This document shows positions 11,071 to 22,100 of a DNA stretch of 64,000 nt, piece by piece; position 1 is the first letter of the stretch, and each line of letters opens with the position of its first letter. The translations under genes and the position numbers were made by a program. Source of the stretch: a virus (lineage: Duplodnaviria; Caudoviricetes); IMG/VR virus record IMGVR_UViG_3300025872_000056, positions 13 through 64,012 of that record, one strand, 5' to 3'. The notes below the pieces were generated by a model that saw only the letters and a program-made list of their open reading frames with translations, did no database searches and was not told the DNA's origin.

Positions 11071-11425
11071 TTCTTATATATTTCTTGATGAAGCAGAAGA
11101 GTATAAAAACACAGATACTCTACCTATAAGAATTTTAGACGAGCCTTTTAAAAATGTTGAATTTAGATTTCAGCGTGTGAGTTTTGACACAATTGGCGAT
11201 AATTTAAAAATTAATTTTGATATGGAGATAATGAAAACTCCAAAAAATAAAGATATTGACGTTAATAATCAAGAGTTCGTTGACTTTGTAGGTGAGATCC
11301 TGTATGATATAATCGTCAACAGAAAAGACATCGACATGACAACCGCATACGACCCAAGTGAGGTTGATGTAGCGGATCTAGAGGACGATGTTCACCAAGA
11401 GCCATATGGAAAAGATCATTCTTAA
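11048..11425 (+). CDS. hypothetical protein at the T4 gp40 position
   Basis: Lies between uvsX and helicase as in T4-like phages. Confidence 0.55.
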   Translation: MEHPPKINSYIFLDEAEEYKNTDTLPIRILDEPFKNVEFRFQRVSFDTIGDNLKINFDMEIMKTPKNKDIDVNNQEFVDFVGEILYDIIVNRKDIDMTTAYDPSEVDVADLEDDVHQEPYGKDHS

Positions 11426-12809
11426 GAATCTAGCAAAGAACGAAGAGTTTTCTCGTAAAGTACTCCCTTTTATTAAGAGGGAGTATTTTCAATCTGTTCC
11501 CGAGCAGATTATCTTTAATCAGATTAATAACTTTGTCAGTACATATTCTGCCCTTCCTACGAAGGATGCACTTTCTTTGATGGTTGAGGGTGAGAATGGA
11601 CTTAGTGAGGATCAGTACAAGACTTCTCAGAAGATAATTACTGAAATCTACAATAATACAGATAGAGAAGAATACAAGTGGCTTCTTGAGAAAACCGAGA
11701 AGTTTTGCAAGGATAGAGCTCTTCATCTTGCAATAATGGAATCTATTTCTATTATTGGTGATAAGGAAAATGGTATTAGTGAAAACGCCATTCCTGAAAT
11801 TCTTTCTGAAGCTCTTGCAGTCAGCTTTGATACCAGAGTCGGACATGACTTTATTGAAGACTCTGAAAATAGATATGATTTTTACAGCAAGACTGAAAGA
11901 AGAATTCCATTTGATTTGGAATATTTTAATACTATTACTGGTGGCGGGACTCCTTCCAAGACTCTTAATATCATAATGGCTGGAACTGGATGTGGCAAGA
12001 GTCTCTTTCTGTGCCATCATGCAGCTGCTTGTTTGATGCAAAATCTCAATGTTCTTTATATTACTCTTGAAATGGCAGAAGAAAGGATTGCGGAAAGAAT
12101 TGATGCAAATCTGCTTGATACGCCAATCCAAGACTTGAAGAACATGCCTAGAGCAGCATATAAGAAGAAGATTGAAAATCTTCGTAATTCGTGCAATGGT
12201 AGGCTTATAATTAAGGAATATCCTACTGGTTCAGCCAATGTTAATCATTTTAAGGTTTTGCTGAAAGAATTGAAAACTAAGAAAAAGTTTACTCCTGATA
12301 TAATTTTTATTGATTACTTGAATATTTGCTCTTCTGCTAGAATCAAGAATACAGCCAACACAAACAGTTATCATTATATTAAGGCTATTGCGGAAGAACT
12401 TCGCGGATTGGCAGTAGAGTTTGATGTTCCTATTTTCAGCGCCACACAGGTCAATCGTACTGGATTTGTCAGCACTGATATTGGCCTTGAGGACACTTCT
12501 GAATCTTTTGGTCTTCCAGCAACTGCAGATTTCTTTGCTGCTTTGATTCGAACGGACGATCTTGATGATGTCAATCAATTGATGGTTAAGCAGCTTAAGA
12601 ATAGATACAACACTACAGCAGTAAATAGAAAGTTTGTTATCGGTGTCTCATTTAGTAAGATGAAGCTTGCTGATGTTGAGCAGGAAGATCAGCCCGTATT
12701 GGTTAGTGCAAATCAAACCGATAATAGTAAGCAGAGAAGTGAAGAAGAACAGTATTACAATGCTGTTTCTAAGGCTGCACAAAAAGCAAGTCTTGATTGG
12801 CAGATGTAA
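11406..12809 (+). CDS. 41: replicative helicase (T4 gp41-like)
   Basis: AGTGCGKS, YITLEMAEE, IDYLNI, SATQVNR, SESFGLPATAD. Confidence 0.96.
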   Translation: MEKIILKNLAKNEEFSRKVLPFIKREYFQSVPEQIIFNQINNFVSTYSALPTKDALSLMVEGENGLSEDQYKTSQKIITEIYNNTDREEYKWLLEKTEKFCKDRALHLAIMESISIIGDKENGISENAIPEILSEALAVSFDTRVGHDFIEDSENRYDFYSKTERRIPFDLEYFNTITGGGTPSKTLNIIMAGTGCGKSLFLCHHAAACLMQNLNVLYITLEMAEERIAERIDANLLDTPIQDLKNMPRAAYKKKIENLRNSCNGRLIIKEYPTGSANVNHFKVLLKELKTKKKFTPDIIFIDYLNICSSARIKNTANTNSYHYIKAIAEELRGLAVEFDVPIFSATQVNRTGFVSTDIGLEDTSESFGLPATADFFAALIRTDDLDDVNQLMVKQLKNRYNTTAVNRKFVIGVSFSKMKLADVEQEDQPVLVSANQTDNSKQRSEEEQYYNAVSKAAQKASLDWQM

Positions 12810-13789
12810 TGAATACTGCAATTGAGAAAAAGTTCATTAATATGGTATCACCTTCTTTGACCAAGTTTAAATGGAAGAAGGATGGGCTTGCCACTTGTCG
12901 GTGTTTCAAATGCGGAGATTCGCAAAGAAACAAATCTAAGACAAGAGGTTATTTTTACATAAACAAAGACCATTATTATTATAAGTGTCATAATTGTGGG
13001 TTTTCTTGCACAATAAAAACTGTGCTTGAGAATATTTCTCCAAATCTTGCTAAAGAATATGCATTTGAATGCTACCAATCTAGAATTGGCGGTGTTACTT
13101 TTCAGGAACAGTTTTTTGCTCCTACTGAAAGAGTAATTCCTGATTATATCGGAACCAGTATAATTGATCTGCCGGAGAATCATTACGCAAGAAAGTACGT
13201 AAATGAAAGAAAAATTCCAGAAGATAAACAACATCTTCTTTATTTTGTAGATGATTTTTCAAAAATTGCAACAAAGTTTTTCAAAACATCTATTCGTGAA
13301 CCTAGATTGGTAATTCCTTTCTTCGATGATGAAGGAAAGGTTATTGGTGTTCAAGGAAGATCATTTGACAAGAACGCCAAAATAAGGTATATTACATATA
13401 AGTCACCTCATGTCGAAAGACTGTGGTATGGTTTGGATAGAGTCAATGCTCTGAACAAAGTTTATGTAGTGGAAGGACCTCTTGATTCTTTGTTTCTCCC
13501 AAATGCAATTGCAATGGTTGGATCAAGTTATGCAGTTCCTCCCAAACTTAAAAGAAAAGATTTAGTGTTTGCGTTTGATAATGAGCCAAGAAATCAAGCT
13601 TTGCACAATATGATGAAAGAAGCAATTGATGACAATTACAAAATTGTTGTTTGGCCAAAAATTGAAGAAAAGGATATAAACGAAATGTTTGTAAATTATG
13701 GTAAAGACAAGCTAATGGAGCTTATAGATACTAATACGTATTCTGGTGGCGTTGCACTTTTAAATTTTTTAACTTGGAGAAAAGTATGA
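12809..13789 (+). CDS. 61: DNA primase (T4 gp61-like)
   Basis: CFKCGDS..CHNC zinc finger; VEGPLDS and FDNEPRN Toprim motifs. Confidence 0.95.
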   Translation: MNTAIEKKFINMVSPSLTKFKWKKDGLATCRCFKCGDSQRNKSKTRGYFYINKDHYYYKCHNCGFSCTIKTVLENISPNLAKEYAFECYQSRIGGVTFQEQFFAPTERVIPDYIGTSIIDLPENHYARKYVNERKIPEDKQHLLYFVDDFSKIATKFFKTSIREPRLVIPFFDDEGKVIGVQGRSFDKNAKIRYITYKSPHVERLWYGLDRVNALNKVYVVEGPLDSLFLPNAIAMVGSSYAVPPKLKRKDLVFAFDNEPRNQALHNMMKEAIDDNYKIVVWPKIEEKDINEMFVNYGKDKLMELIDTNTYSGGVALLNFLTWRKV

Positions 13790-14010
13790 TATTTGACGAA
13801 GATTCAGATGAAGAGTTTCAGGAAATGAATGAAGAAAATCAAATGAAAGTTTGTCAGGCTTTTCTTCAATTTAATTCTTATTTCAGCCAGTATATCAAGG
13901 AAATGAATCCTGATTTATGGAAAAAGGCTGTTGATTTTGCAAAAGACAGTGTTGACATCCCTGGTGTCGAATTGAAGTTTTTGGATGACGATAAACAAAT
14001 AGAGGAATGA
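13786..14010 (+). CDS. small acidic hypothetical protein
   Basis: ATGA-coupled to primase. Confidence 0.6.
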   Translation: MIFDEDSDEEFQEMNEENQMKVCQAFLQFNSYFSQYIKEMNPDLWKKAVDFAKDSVDIPGVELKFLDDDKQIEE

Positions 14011-14011
14011 T

Positions 14012-14734
14012 ATGTTACAGAGGGTTCCTGTTTTAAACAGCGGCCATGTCGATCTCATTGATCACATGGGTAGTGATTTAATGGTTGTTAATGCTGCTCG
14101 TGTTTCTTTCAACAAAGAAAGCGATTGGGATGGTGAACGTCATTGGTCTGGAAGAATTGATAATAAAAGGCTTTCAGAAAAAGATGTCAAATTAATATCT
14201 TATTTGGCAAGACACAAGCATTGGACTCCCTTTGCTCATCCACAAATTACTTTGAGAATAAAGGCTCCTATTTTTGTTCGCACACAGTTATTCAAACACA
14301 AAGTCGGGATGGTTGAAAATGAAGTTAGTAGAAGATATGTTACAGATACACCGGATTTTTATATTCCAACTTGGAGATCTGCTCCTACGGACGGAGCCAA
14401 GCAAGGAAGCTCTGACTTTATCACTGATTCTTCTATTGAAATAAATTTAAATTCGCAGTATAATAGTATACTCAAAGAGGCATTGATTACATATGAAAAT
14501 CTTTTGGAACAAGGTGTCGCCCCGGAACAAGCAAGAGCGGTTCTCCCACAAGGAACATACACCGAGTGGTGGTGGACTGGTTCTCTCGCAGCGTATGCCA
14601 GAATCTACGCTCAACGGATTGATGCTCATGCCCAATGGGAAGTTCGCCAATACGCAAAGGCTATCGGGGATTGTATATCGCCAATTTTCCCAATTTCATG
14701 GGAAGCCTTGACAAAAAATTCAGATAATAAATAA
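14012..14734 (+). CDS. thyX: flavin-dependent thymidylate synthase
   Basis: HWTPF, QLFKH, NEVSRRY, EQARAVLPQ, AQWEVR. Confidence 0.95.
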   Translation: MLQRVPVLNSGHVDLIDHMGSDLMVVNAARVSFNKESDWDGERHWSGRIDNKRLSEKDVKLISYLARHKHWTPFAHPQITLRIKAPIFVRTQLFKHKVGMVENEVSRRYVTDTPDFYIPTWRSAPTDGAKQGSSDFITDSSIEINLNSQYNSILKEALITYENLLEQGVAPEQARAVLPQGTYTEWWWTGSLAAYARIYAQRIDAHAQWEVRQYAKAIGDCISPIFPISWEALTKNSDNK

Positions 14735-14753
14735 AGACACCAAAGGAAATACT

Positions 14754-16640
14754 ATGCAAAATTTATCAGCTTTTCAAGAATTCATTTTTATTTCTCGTTA
14801 CTCTCGCTGGCTGAATGCGGAAAATCGCAGAGAAACCTGGGAAGAGTGTGTTGAGAGATGGTGGAGATATTTCACCGCAAAGACTCCTCAACTTTTAGAG
14901 CGTCCTGATGTAAAACAGGCAATTCTAAATCTTGAGGTTCTTCCCTCAATGAGAAGCTTGATGACCGCTGGTCCTGCTGTTGATCATGACAATACATGCA
15001 TCTACAATTGCTCATATCTTCCTATCGATTCACTGCAATCATTTGCTGAACTGTTTGTTGTTCTGATGAATGGCACTGGTGTTGGTTACAGCGTTGAGCA
15101 TCAGTATACAGACAAGCTTCCTGTGGTTGCAAGCAAAATCGAAAAGGATTTCAACATTGTAGTTAAGGTAGAAGATTCAAAGGAAGGATGGGGGAATGCA
15201 CTTAAGACCATTCTTTATCATCTTTATGAAGGTCGTCACGTCAAATGGGATCTTTCTTCTATTCGTGCCGCTGGTGCCAGATTGAAGACTTTCGGTGGAA
15301 GAGCAAGCGGTCCTGCGCCTCTTGACAATCTTTTCAAGTTTGTGGTAAAGGTTTTTTACAATGCACAGGGAAGAAGACTCACGGCTCTTGAGTGTCATGA
15401 CATCTGCTGTGCAATTGCAAATGCGGTTATCGTTGGTGGGGTTCGTCGCTCTGCTATGATTTCTTTGAGTGACCTTTCCGACAGAGAGATGGCAATGTGC
15501 AAGAGCGGTGCTTGGTGGGATGGTGCTGGTTTCCGTTCTTATGCAAATAACTCTGCTGTGTATCGTGGAAGACCTCCAATGGGACAATTCCTTGAGGAAT
15601 GGACTTCATTATACAACAGCCACAGCGGTGAAAGAGGAATGATTAATAGAAAAGCACTTCAGGAACAGGCTGCAAGGTCTGGCCGCGATGAAACCGCAGA
15701 GTATGGAACAAACCCCTGTTCCGAGATTATCCTCAAGCCATTTGAATTCTGCAATCTTTCTACAGTTGTTGTCAAACCAACTGATACTGCAGCTTCACTA
15801 AAGAAGAAGATAGAAATTGCCACTATTATTGGAACCGTGCAATCCACATTTACGAATTTCCCATATCTTCGTCCGGAATGGAAAAAGAATTGTGAAGATG
15901 AAAGATTGCTTGGAGTTTCCATGACAGGTATCTTTGACAACAAGCTTACAAGCGGTCTTGACGGCAAGCCAAAGTTGGTCAAGCTCCTTGAAACACTCAG
16001 AGATCATGCAACTGCAACAAATCTAACATGGGCCGAGAAACTTGGAATAAATCCAAGCAAGTCCATCACTTGCGTCAAGCCTGAAGGAACGACTTCTTGC
16101 TTGGTCGATTCGGCTTCCGGATTGCATCCAAGATATGCAGATTATTACTACCGAAGAATTCGGTTGGACAAAAAGGATCCATTGTATCAACTCATGAAGG
16201 ATCAAGGTGTTCCATGTGAGGATGATGTGATAAATCCAGGATCCACGGCTGTCCTTACCTTTGCGATGAAAGCTCCAAAGGGAACAATGACTACGGAAGA
16301 TCTTCGTGCGATTGCGCACTTGGATCTTTGGAAAATCTACCAAGAGCATTACTGCCACCACAAGCCTTCAATCACGGTAAATTATACCGATGCTGAATTC
16401 CTTGAAGTTGGCCAGTGGCTTTGGGAAAACTTTGATTGTGCAACAGGAATTTCTTTCCTTCCCGGAGGAGATTCGCACACTTATGCTCAGGCACCATTTG
16501 AAAGAATAGATCAAGCAGTGTATAATGAGCATCCGAAGATCAAAGTGGACTTCAAGAAACTTTCTCAATATGAAAAAGAAGACAACACGGAATCCGCGAA
16601 AGAGTACGCCTGCCAAGGTGGAGCATGCCAAATCATGTAA
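14754..16640 (+). CDS. nrdJ: class II (adenosylcobalamin-dependent) ribonucleotide reductase
   Basis: GGVRRSA, TNPCSEI, TCVKPEGT, C-terminal ACQGGAC; no beta subunit adjacent. Confidence 0.9.
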   Translation: MQNLSAFQEFIFISRYSRWLNAENRRETWEECVERWWRYFTAKTPQLLERPDVKQAILNLEVLPSMRSLMTAGPAVDHDNTCIYNCSYLPIDSLQSFAELFVVLMNGTGVGYSVEHQYTDKLPVVASKIEKDFNIVVKVEDSKEGWGNALKTILYHLYEGRHVKWDLSSIRAAGARLKTFGGRASGPAPLDNLFKFVVKVFYNAQGRRLTALECHDICCAIANAVIVGGVRRSAMISLSDLSDREMAMCKSGAWWDGAGFRSYANNSAVYRGRPPMGQFLEEWTSLYNSHSGERGMINRKALQEQAARSGRDETAEYGTNPCSEIILKPFEFCNLSTVVVKPTDTAASLKKKIEIATIIGTVQSTFTNFPYLRPEWKKNCEDERLLGVSMTGIFDNKLTSGLDGKPKLVKLLETLRDHATATNLTWAEKLGINPSKSITCVKPEGTTSCLVDSASGLHPRYADYYYRRIRLDKKDPLYQLMKDQGVPCEDDVINPGSTAVLTFAMKAPKGTMTTEDLRAIAHLDLWKIYQEHYCHHKPSITVNYTDAEFLEVGQWLWENFDCATGISFLPGGDSHTYAQAPFERIDQAVYNEHPKIKVDFKKLSQYEKEDNTESAKEYACQGGACQIM

Positions 16641-16659
16641 GAAAAATATTGTCAGCGAT

Positions 16660-16941
16660 ATGTTGAAATATGCCAAGTACAGGGCAAAGCTAAAGAAGTT
16701 GGATTTTGATCTTACGGCGAAAGACATAATCATACCAAAGCGTTGCCCTGTACTTGGCATACCAATATATCCATATGGCCTCTCAAATTCGCCATCAATA
16801 GACAGAATTGATAATAAAAGAGGTTACACCAAAGACAATGTAGTGATTGTTTCCTTCAAGGCAAATAGAATGAAGGGCGCTGCTACTCTTGATGAACTTT
16901 CGCGATTGGTAAAATTTTATAAAAAATTAATGACCAAGTGA
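16660..16941 (+). CDS. small HNH-type endonuclease
   Basis: CPVLG...SPSIDRIDNKRGYTKDNV...AN; start uncertain. Confidence 0.7.
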   Translation: MLKYAKYRAKLKKLDFDLTAKDIIIPKRCPVLGIPIYPYGLSNSPSIDRIDNKRGYTKDNVVIVSFKANRMKGAATLDELSRLVKFYKKLMTK

Positions 16942-16947
16942 AACGCC

Positions 16948-16955
16948 TATAAATA
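16948..16955 (+). promoter_or_regulatory. T4-type late promoter TATAAATA
   Basis: Exact motif 5 nt before the ATG at 16961. Confidence 0.65.
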
Positions 16956-16960
16956 ATAGG

Positions 16961-17521
16961 ATGTTTCATACTGTTATTGGTATTGATTATTCTATGACTT
17001 CACCTTGCGTTTGTTTGTTTGACATGCGTCAAACTTTTTGTTTTGAAAATTGCCATTTTTATTTTTTGACAGATACCAAGAAATACGCAAATAAATTTTT
17101 AAACAATATCACAGGGGAATTATTTCCGGACTATGATTGTGACACCGAAAGATTTGATACTATTTCTACGTGGGCATTGAATCTTTGTATCGGTGCTGCA
17201 GAGGTATCTCTTGAAGGTTATGCATATAACTCAACTGGAAGGGTATTCCATTTGGCAGAAAATGTTGGAATATTAAAACATAAACTGTACAAAAATGCTA
17301 TTCCTCTCAGTGTGATAGAACCAAGCCGAATAAAAAAGATTGCATCCGGAAAGGGAAATGCGGATAAGCAAGCAATGTATGAAGCTTTTGAAAAAGAAAG
17401 TTTTGTTGACCTAAAAAGCATACTAGGTCAAAAGACACTGTCGAATCCTGTTACGGATATTATCGACAGTTTTTATATTACTAAAATTTTAGTGGATACA
17501 AAACTCAGTCAAGAGATCTGA
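16961..17521 (+). CDS. RuvC-like Holliday junction resolvase
   Basis: IGIDYSMTSP, LEGYAY, KKIASGKGNADK, DIIDS. Confidence 0.85.
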   Translation: MFHTVIGIDYSMTSPCVCLFDMRQTFCFENCHFYFLTDTKKYANKFLNNITGELFPDYDCDTERFDTISTWALNLCIGAAEVSLEGYAYNSTGRVFHLAENVGILKHKLYKNAIPLSVIEPSRIKKIASGKGNADKQAMYEAFEKESFVDLKSILGQKTLSNPVTDIIDSFYITKILVDTKLSQEI

Positions 17522-17888
17522 CTATAAAGCTTTCAACGATTGGTGCTGGTATTGATTTGAGAATTTCATAATTTTCCCAATTTTCCCTCAATACACCATC
17601 CCTTACCATACTGGCTAAAGTGTCATCTAGCTTTTTGTCTTTTTTGCTAAATTTGATATATTTTTTGCCATTATCAACAGCAAGCTTGACAGCCGTAGCT
17701 ACCGAATCTCCATAAGGATAATCTTCCAAGCTTTTCTTTTCCACATCAGGTAAGATGTAATAAAGGAAACCAGCAATATCTCTTTTTGGGACAATAGCCG
17801 AATGTCTTATGGAAGATTTTGAAACTCCCATGTTATAGACATCCTGGTCTTCAGAAAAATATTTTTCAATAACAAATTTTGTCGCCAT
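17505..17888 (-). CDS. hypothetical protein
   Basis: ORF in minus-strand block. Confidence 0.55.
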   Translation of the reverse strand: MATKFVIEKYFSEDQDVYNMGVSKSSIRHSAIVPKRDIAGFLYYILPDVEKKSLEDYPYGDSVATAVKLAVDNGKKYIKFSKKDKKLDDTLASMVRDGVLRENWENYEILKSIPAPIVESFIVRSLD

Positions 17889-17907
17889 GTTACAAATATT
17901 TATGTTA

Positions 17908-18198
17908 TTATCCACCGCCACGAAGTTCTGAGGCAGCGTCCAATTTTCTTTGATGGCGTGGGGGCAGACCCTTCTTCATCTTCGCCATAAGTTCATTCCA
18001 GGCCCCGCCAGTTGCCTTATTAGGGCTTAGAGTGGTATCCATAGCCATTCCCACCGTTTCACTCATAAAGTCCCGTATAACGCTTTTCTTATGGCATTTA
18101 GGGCATGGATTTTTGAGGGGTTGATCGTTGTTTTTCATAGATAAACTTTCCTCAAATTTATGTTTACATTTTTCACACGAAAAAGCATATATTGGCAT
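17908..18198 (-). CDS. FmdB-family zinc-ribbon protein
   Basis: MPIYAFSCEKC...CPKC. Confidence 0.85.
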   Translation of the reverse strand: MPIYAFSCEKCKHKFEESLSMKNNDQPLKNPCPKCHKKSVIRDFMSETVGMAMDTTLSPNKATGGAWNELMAKMKKGLPPRHQRKLDAASELRGGG

Positions 18199-18689
18199 TA
18201 TTTTTTCCTCAAGAAAAATTTTAAAATATCATCAAATATCAAATTATAAGAGGGTTCTTTTGGTTTATTTAAAAGATTCATTCCTGCTTCTTTAGGAGTT
18301 TTATTGCCTTTAAATAAATTGCAATCACGGCAAGCAGCAACCATATTAACCCAACTATTACTTCCACCTCTTTGTCTTGGCACAATATGGTCCACTGTAG
18401 CATTATGTTCTGTCAATTCAATACTGCAATATTGGCAGATATATTTATCACGTCTTAAAATATTTTTTTTGCTAGGATAAGTTTTACGTAAAGGAACTTT
18501 TACGTAATATTTCAAAATCATAACTTTTGGAATTTTAATAGTTCCATTAAGACATTGAATATTAATAGAATCGTCAGTTTCTTCATAATAAACTTTATTC
18601 TTCGACATTAAATCCAATGCTCTTCGCATTGTAATTACATTTAATGGGCTTTGGTCAAAATTCAGAAGAAGAACTGAATTTTCAAGCAT
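18198..18689 (-). CDS. HNH endonuclease (McrA-like)
   Basis: VLLLN..., RDKYICQYC, TVDHIVPRQRGG, NMVAACRDCN. Confidence 0.9.
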   Translation of the reverse strand: MLENSVLLLNFDQSPLNVITMRRALDLMSKNKVYYEETDDSINIQCLNGTIKIPKVMILKYYVKVPLRKTYPSKKNILRRDKYICQYCSIELTEHNATVDHIVPRQRGGSNSWVNMVAACRDCNLFKGNKTPKEAGMNLLNKPKEPSYNLIFDDILKFFLRKK

Positions 18690-18870
18690 TTTCTTTGATA
18701 AACGCCGAGAATGACAAGATTCGGGATTCGTTTTGCGGTTCCCGTTTTTTCTTGGATATTTCGATGGCTTGCAACTGTTTAATTGCTTGTTCTTCGGACT
18801 CATGCGTACCTAAAATTTTTTCACCTGAAGAGTCTGTGACGATAAATTTGTCGCCGGATTTCTTTATCAT
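18682..18870 (-). CDS. small late protein
   Basis: LGTHES...A.KQLQAIEISK motif; TATAAATA at 18878-18885 upstream. Confidence 0.6.
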   Translation of the reverse strand: MIKKSGDKFIVTDSSGEKILGTHESEEQAIKQLQAIEISKKKREPQNESRILSFSAFIKENA

Positions 18871-18877
18871 TCAATAT

Positions 18878-18896
18878 TATTTATAGATCCTAAATA
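18878..18896. promoter_or_regulatory. back-to-back late promoters (TATAAATA minus, CCTAAATA plus)
   Basis: Both motifs in the 34-nt gap between divergent genes. Confidence 0.55.
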
Positions 18897-18904
18897 ATTT
18901 CAGT

Positions 18905-19102
18905 ATGAATAAAGCAATTTTAGCCCACTTAACATCCCTTTGCGAAAAGGCTGAAAAGTTACACACCCATAAAATTTCTACTTACAAACCACTTTCTCCG
19001 TTTTGCACAAATAAAGTTAAAAAAATTGATGAAAAGGTTGTTGGTTTCAATTTAAGCAATTTAAATGAAAGTAAATATTATACAGATGAAAAACTTTCAT
19101 GA
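18905..19102 (+). CDS. small hypothetical protein
   Basis: ATG directly after late promoter. Confidence 0.5.
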   Translation: MNKAILAHLTSLCEKAEKLHTHKISTYKPLSPFCTNKVKKIDEKVVGFNLSNLNESKYYTDEKLS

Positions 19103-22100
19103 ACTAACCGACCAAGCTTTGTCCACAAAGCTTAATGCAGATTATACCAGACTCGCTGAGGGTCGGCAACAGTTTATCTTTGAAAAAACTTTGGAAATTT
19201 TAAATGAAAGTGATGTAGAAATGCGTTCCCTAAAAAGGGAAGAGCAAATGATTCGGGATCAGCTTAAAGAAAGAGAATTTTCTCAGAAAGCAAGACCAGG
19301 TCCACATGAAGAAGGTGGACTAATTGATATGATTGCAAGAGGCATCCGAGAATTACCTAGATTTGGGGCAAAAGTATCAGAAACAAGTAAAGGTTTAGAA
19401 CCTGTAGATAGATGGTTAAGAAGTATGGGCGTTTTTGGCCCAGATACTAAACCTTCTGGTCAATCGTTTCAAGAAAGGGACGAAAAGGTCAAGGCAAAAA
19501 TTCAACAAATTGAAGATTATTCTAAACAAATAGAAAAACAAGGATATAAAAGTTGGGAAGATGTTCCCGTTCCAGAAGAAGAAATAAAAGAATTAGAAGC
19601 ATGGAAACAGAGAACAGAACCATCAAGACCAGGTCAAGAACCAAAAATTCCAACTTTAAGATTAAAAAGAGATTTAAAAGCATATAGAGAATTCCAAAAT
19701 ACAGTAAGAGGAAAAAGCGTACAACAATTAAGAGATCTATATGAAAAAGATCCAGATTTATATTCAAGACATGAAGAATTCATGCCAAATACAGTTGCTA
19801 TAGATCTTAAACCAGCAAATCTAGCAGACGAAACATTAGAGCGAGGATTGCCAAAAGGTGTGTCTGCAAGAACCGCCAGAACAATGAGAGATTTTGGTGA
19901 AAATTTACCAGAAATTACTGCCATTGCTGCCGCAGCTTCTATGGCCCCAGGTTTAGTTACTACTTTTACAAGAGCAGCTGGCGCTGCTGTTCCTGCTATA
20001 GGAAGAAATGTATCTCCATCTGCAGCTGGACAATTGACATCACAAGCATTGACAACAGGATTTGGTATGCAGGGGGCAGCTGGTTTAGCCAGATCTCAAG
20101 ATGTAGGAGAAGCAGGCTTGAATGCCATGTTGGCTCTGCCAGCAGCCAAAACAATTGCAGGGTCTGCAAGATTGGGTGCGGGTGGCGCAGATACCAGTGC
20201 ATCAGGATTTAGAAGTGTATTTAATGATGCACTGGCAAAAGCAAGAGAACGAGAATTAGAAATTTTAGATAGACAAAGAGCAAAAGCGGAAGCAAGAGCT
20301 GGCGCAAAAGAAGGAAGGCTTGAGGGTGGTAGAAGAAAGGAAGAAAGAAGAACATCAAATATAGAAAAAGATGAAGCAGTTTTTAAAGCTTTACCTTGGC
20401 TTCGAATATTCGATAGAAAACGAAAAGTAGAACCATTGGCTCAAGGACAAAGTGAAACCACAAAACCAGAAAGAGCTGAAATTGCCGCAGAGACTTCAGC
20501 ACAGGCTAGAAAACTACCATCTGAACTTGCTTATGATGTGGCAAAGGATTTTACTTTGGCTCGCATTGAAGCTCAAGCCAGAGGAGCCGAAAGACCAGAA
20601 ATACCTTCTTTTGAGAAACAAACACCAAAATTAACAGTTCAAAGTGTTCAACCAGAAAAAGAAAAAGAAGCAAAAAAAATTAATCCTGAAAAACTTGGCG
20701 AAAGAGAAGCAGTTGAAGGACCATCTAGTTTATCACAAGCAGTTGGGGTTGCTAGGGACGTTGCAGATATTCCAAAAAATGTTGCCACAAATATATCAGA
20801 TTGGATAAAGGGAAAGATAAAAGAAATAGGTGCAATAGGAAAGCCATCATTAAGTTCACCAAAACCATCTCCATCTATTCGTGGTCGTTTATTTTCATGG
20901 GAAAAAGCAATAGAAGGTGCAATAAAAAGAGCAAAAGAGACTGTTGGAGAAATAAAAAGAGTAGGTGCTAAAGAGGCAGCAGCTACTGCTTTGGCTGCAT
21001 CGGCTATGATTCTCCCAGAACCAGCAGGAAGACCAATTGCTGCTCATACACCAAAAACAGTAGAAGTTATTAGAATCAATGAGCCTGGAAAATTACCATC
21101 CGCATCAAGGCCAACTGCTTCTGGTCAACCATCAGTTCCAGAAACAAAAATAGAACCCACTCTACCAAATGAAGGTGGAATGAATAAACCAGTTTCACTT
21201 CCTGAATATGAACCAACTACGCCAGGTGAAGGTGGAATGAATAAACCAGTTTCACTTCCTGAATATGAACCAATAACACCAAAGAAAACTCCTTCTACTT
21301 GGGATCAAATGATTAAAGATCTTCAAAAGGAATTTGAAACTATTAAAACTGCTGAACCGGCCCCAGCACCAGATCTGCCACCACCTCCAGCAGCAGAACC
21401 AGAACCAGCTCCAGCACCAGATCTGCCACCACCTCCAGCAGCAGAACCAGAACCAGCTCCAGCACCAGATCCGGAACCACCTCCAGCTGTGTCACAATTA
21501 ACTTGGGATGAAATATTAAACAAGATTAAAAGCCAAGAAAAAAATATTGAGCCAAAACCACAATATGTATCTGATGCTGAACCAGTTGCCTCCCCTGAAA
21601 CAAGACAAGCTCCACCTCCAGAGAAATTGGAAGAACCAACTCGTAGAGAACCATTGCCACCACCTTCGGACAACATTGCAAGAAATGTTCCACCAATTAT
21701 TCCAATAACACCAGCAAATAGACCACCACAAAGACAACAGCCAAATATTCCAGAACCACCAAAAGGTGTTCCTTCGGGGCCTCCTCCTGTCGGAAAACGG
21801 CAACAAGAAAGAGAATATTCACCAGCTCCAGTTAAAGCACCTTCGACTAAAACTAAAACAGAAACACCACCAGTTGCTCCGGTGACTCAGGAAAAACAAG
21901 TTTCCGGAGCTCCTGCAGTAGTTGTAACAACAATACCATCAAAAGATACTGAAATTGAACAGCAAAAACAAGAAACACAAACAAAACAACAAGATAAGAA
22001 TGTTGATCAAAATGTAAATCAAATAGATACTTCAAAAATAGAAACTAAAAAAATTGAAACACAAAATACTATAAATGCAATAGCTCCAGTAGCAATCCCT

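Noticed and set aside
7231-16640. Inteins, introns or stop-codon recoding in replication genes
   Set aside because: All have normal length and read through in the standard code; no suppressor tRNA seen
16961-18689. RuvC plus HNH as an IscB/TnpB-like RNA-guided nuclease
   Set aside because: Separate short genes on opposite strands, each matching a common phage family, with no adjacent non-coding space
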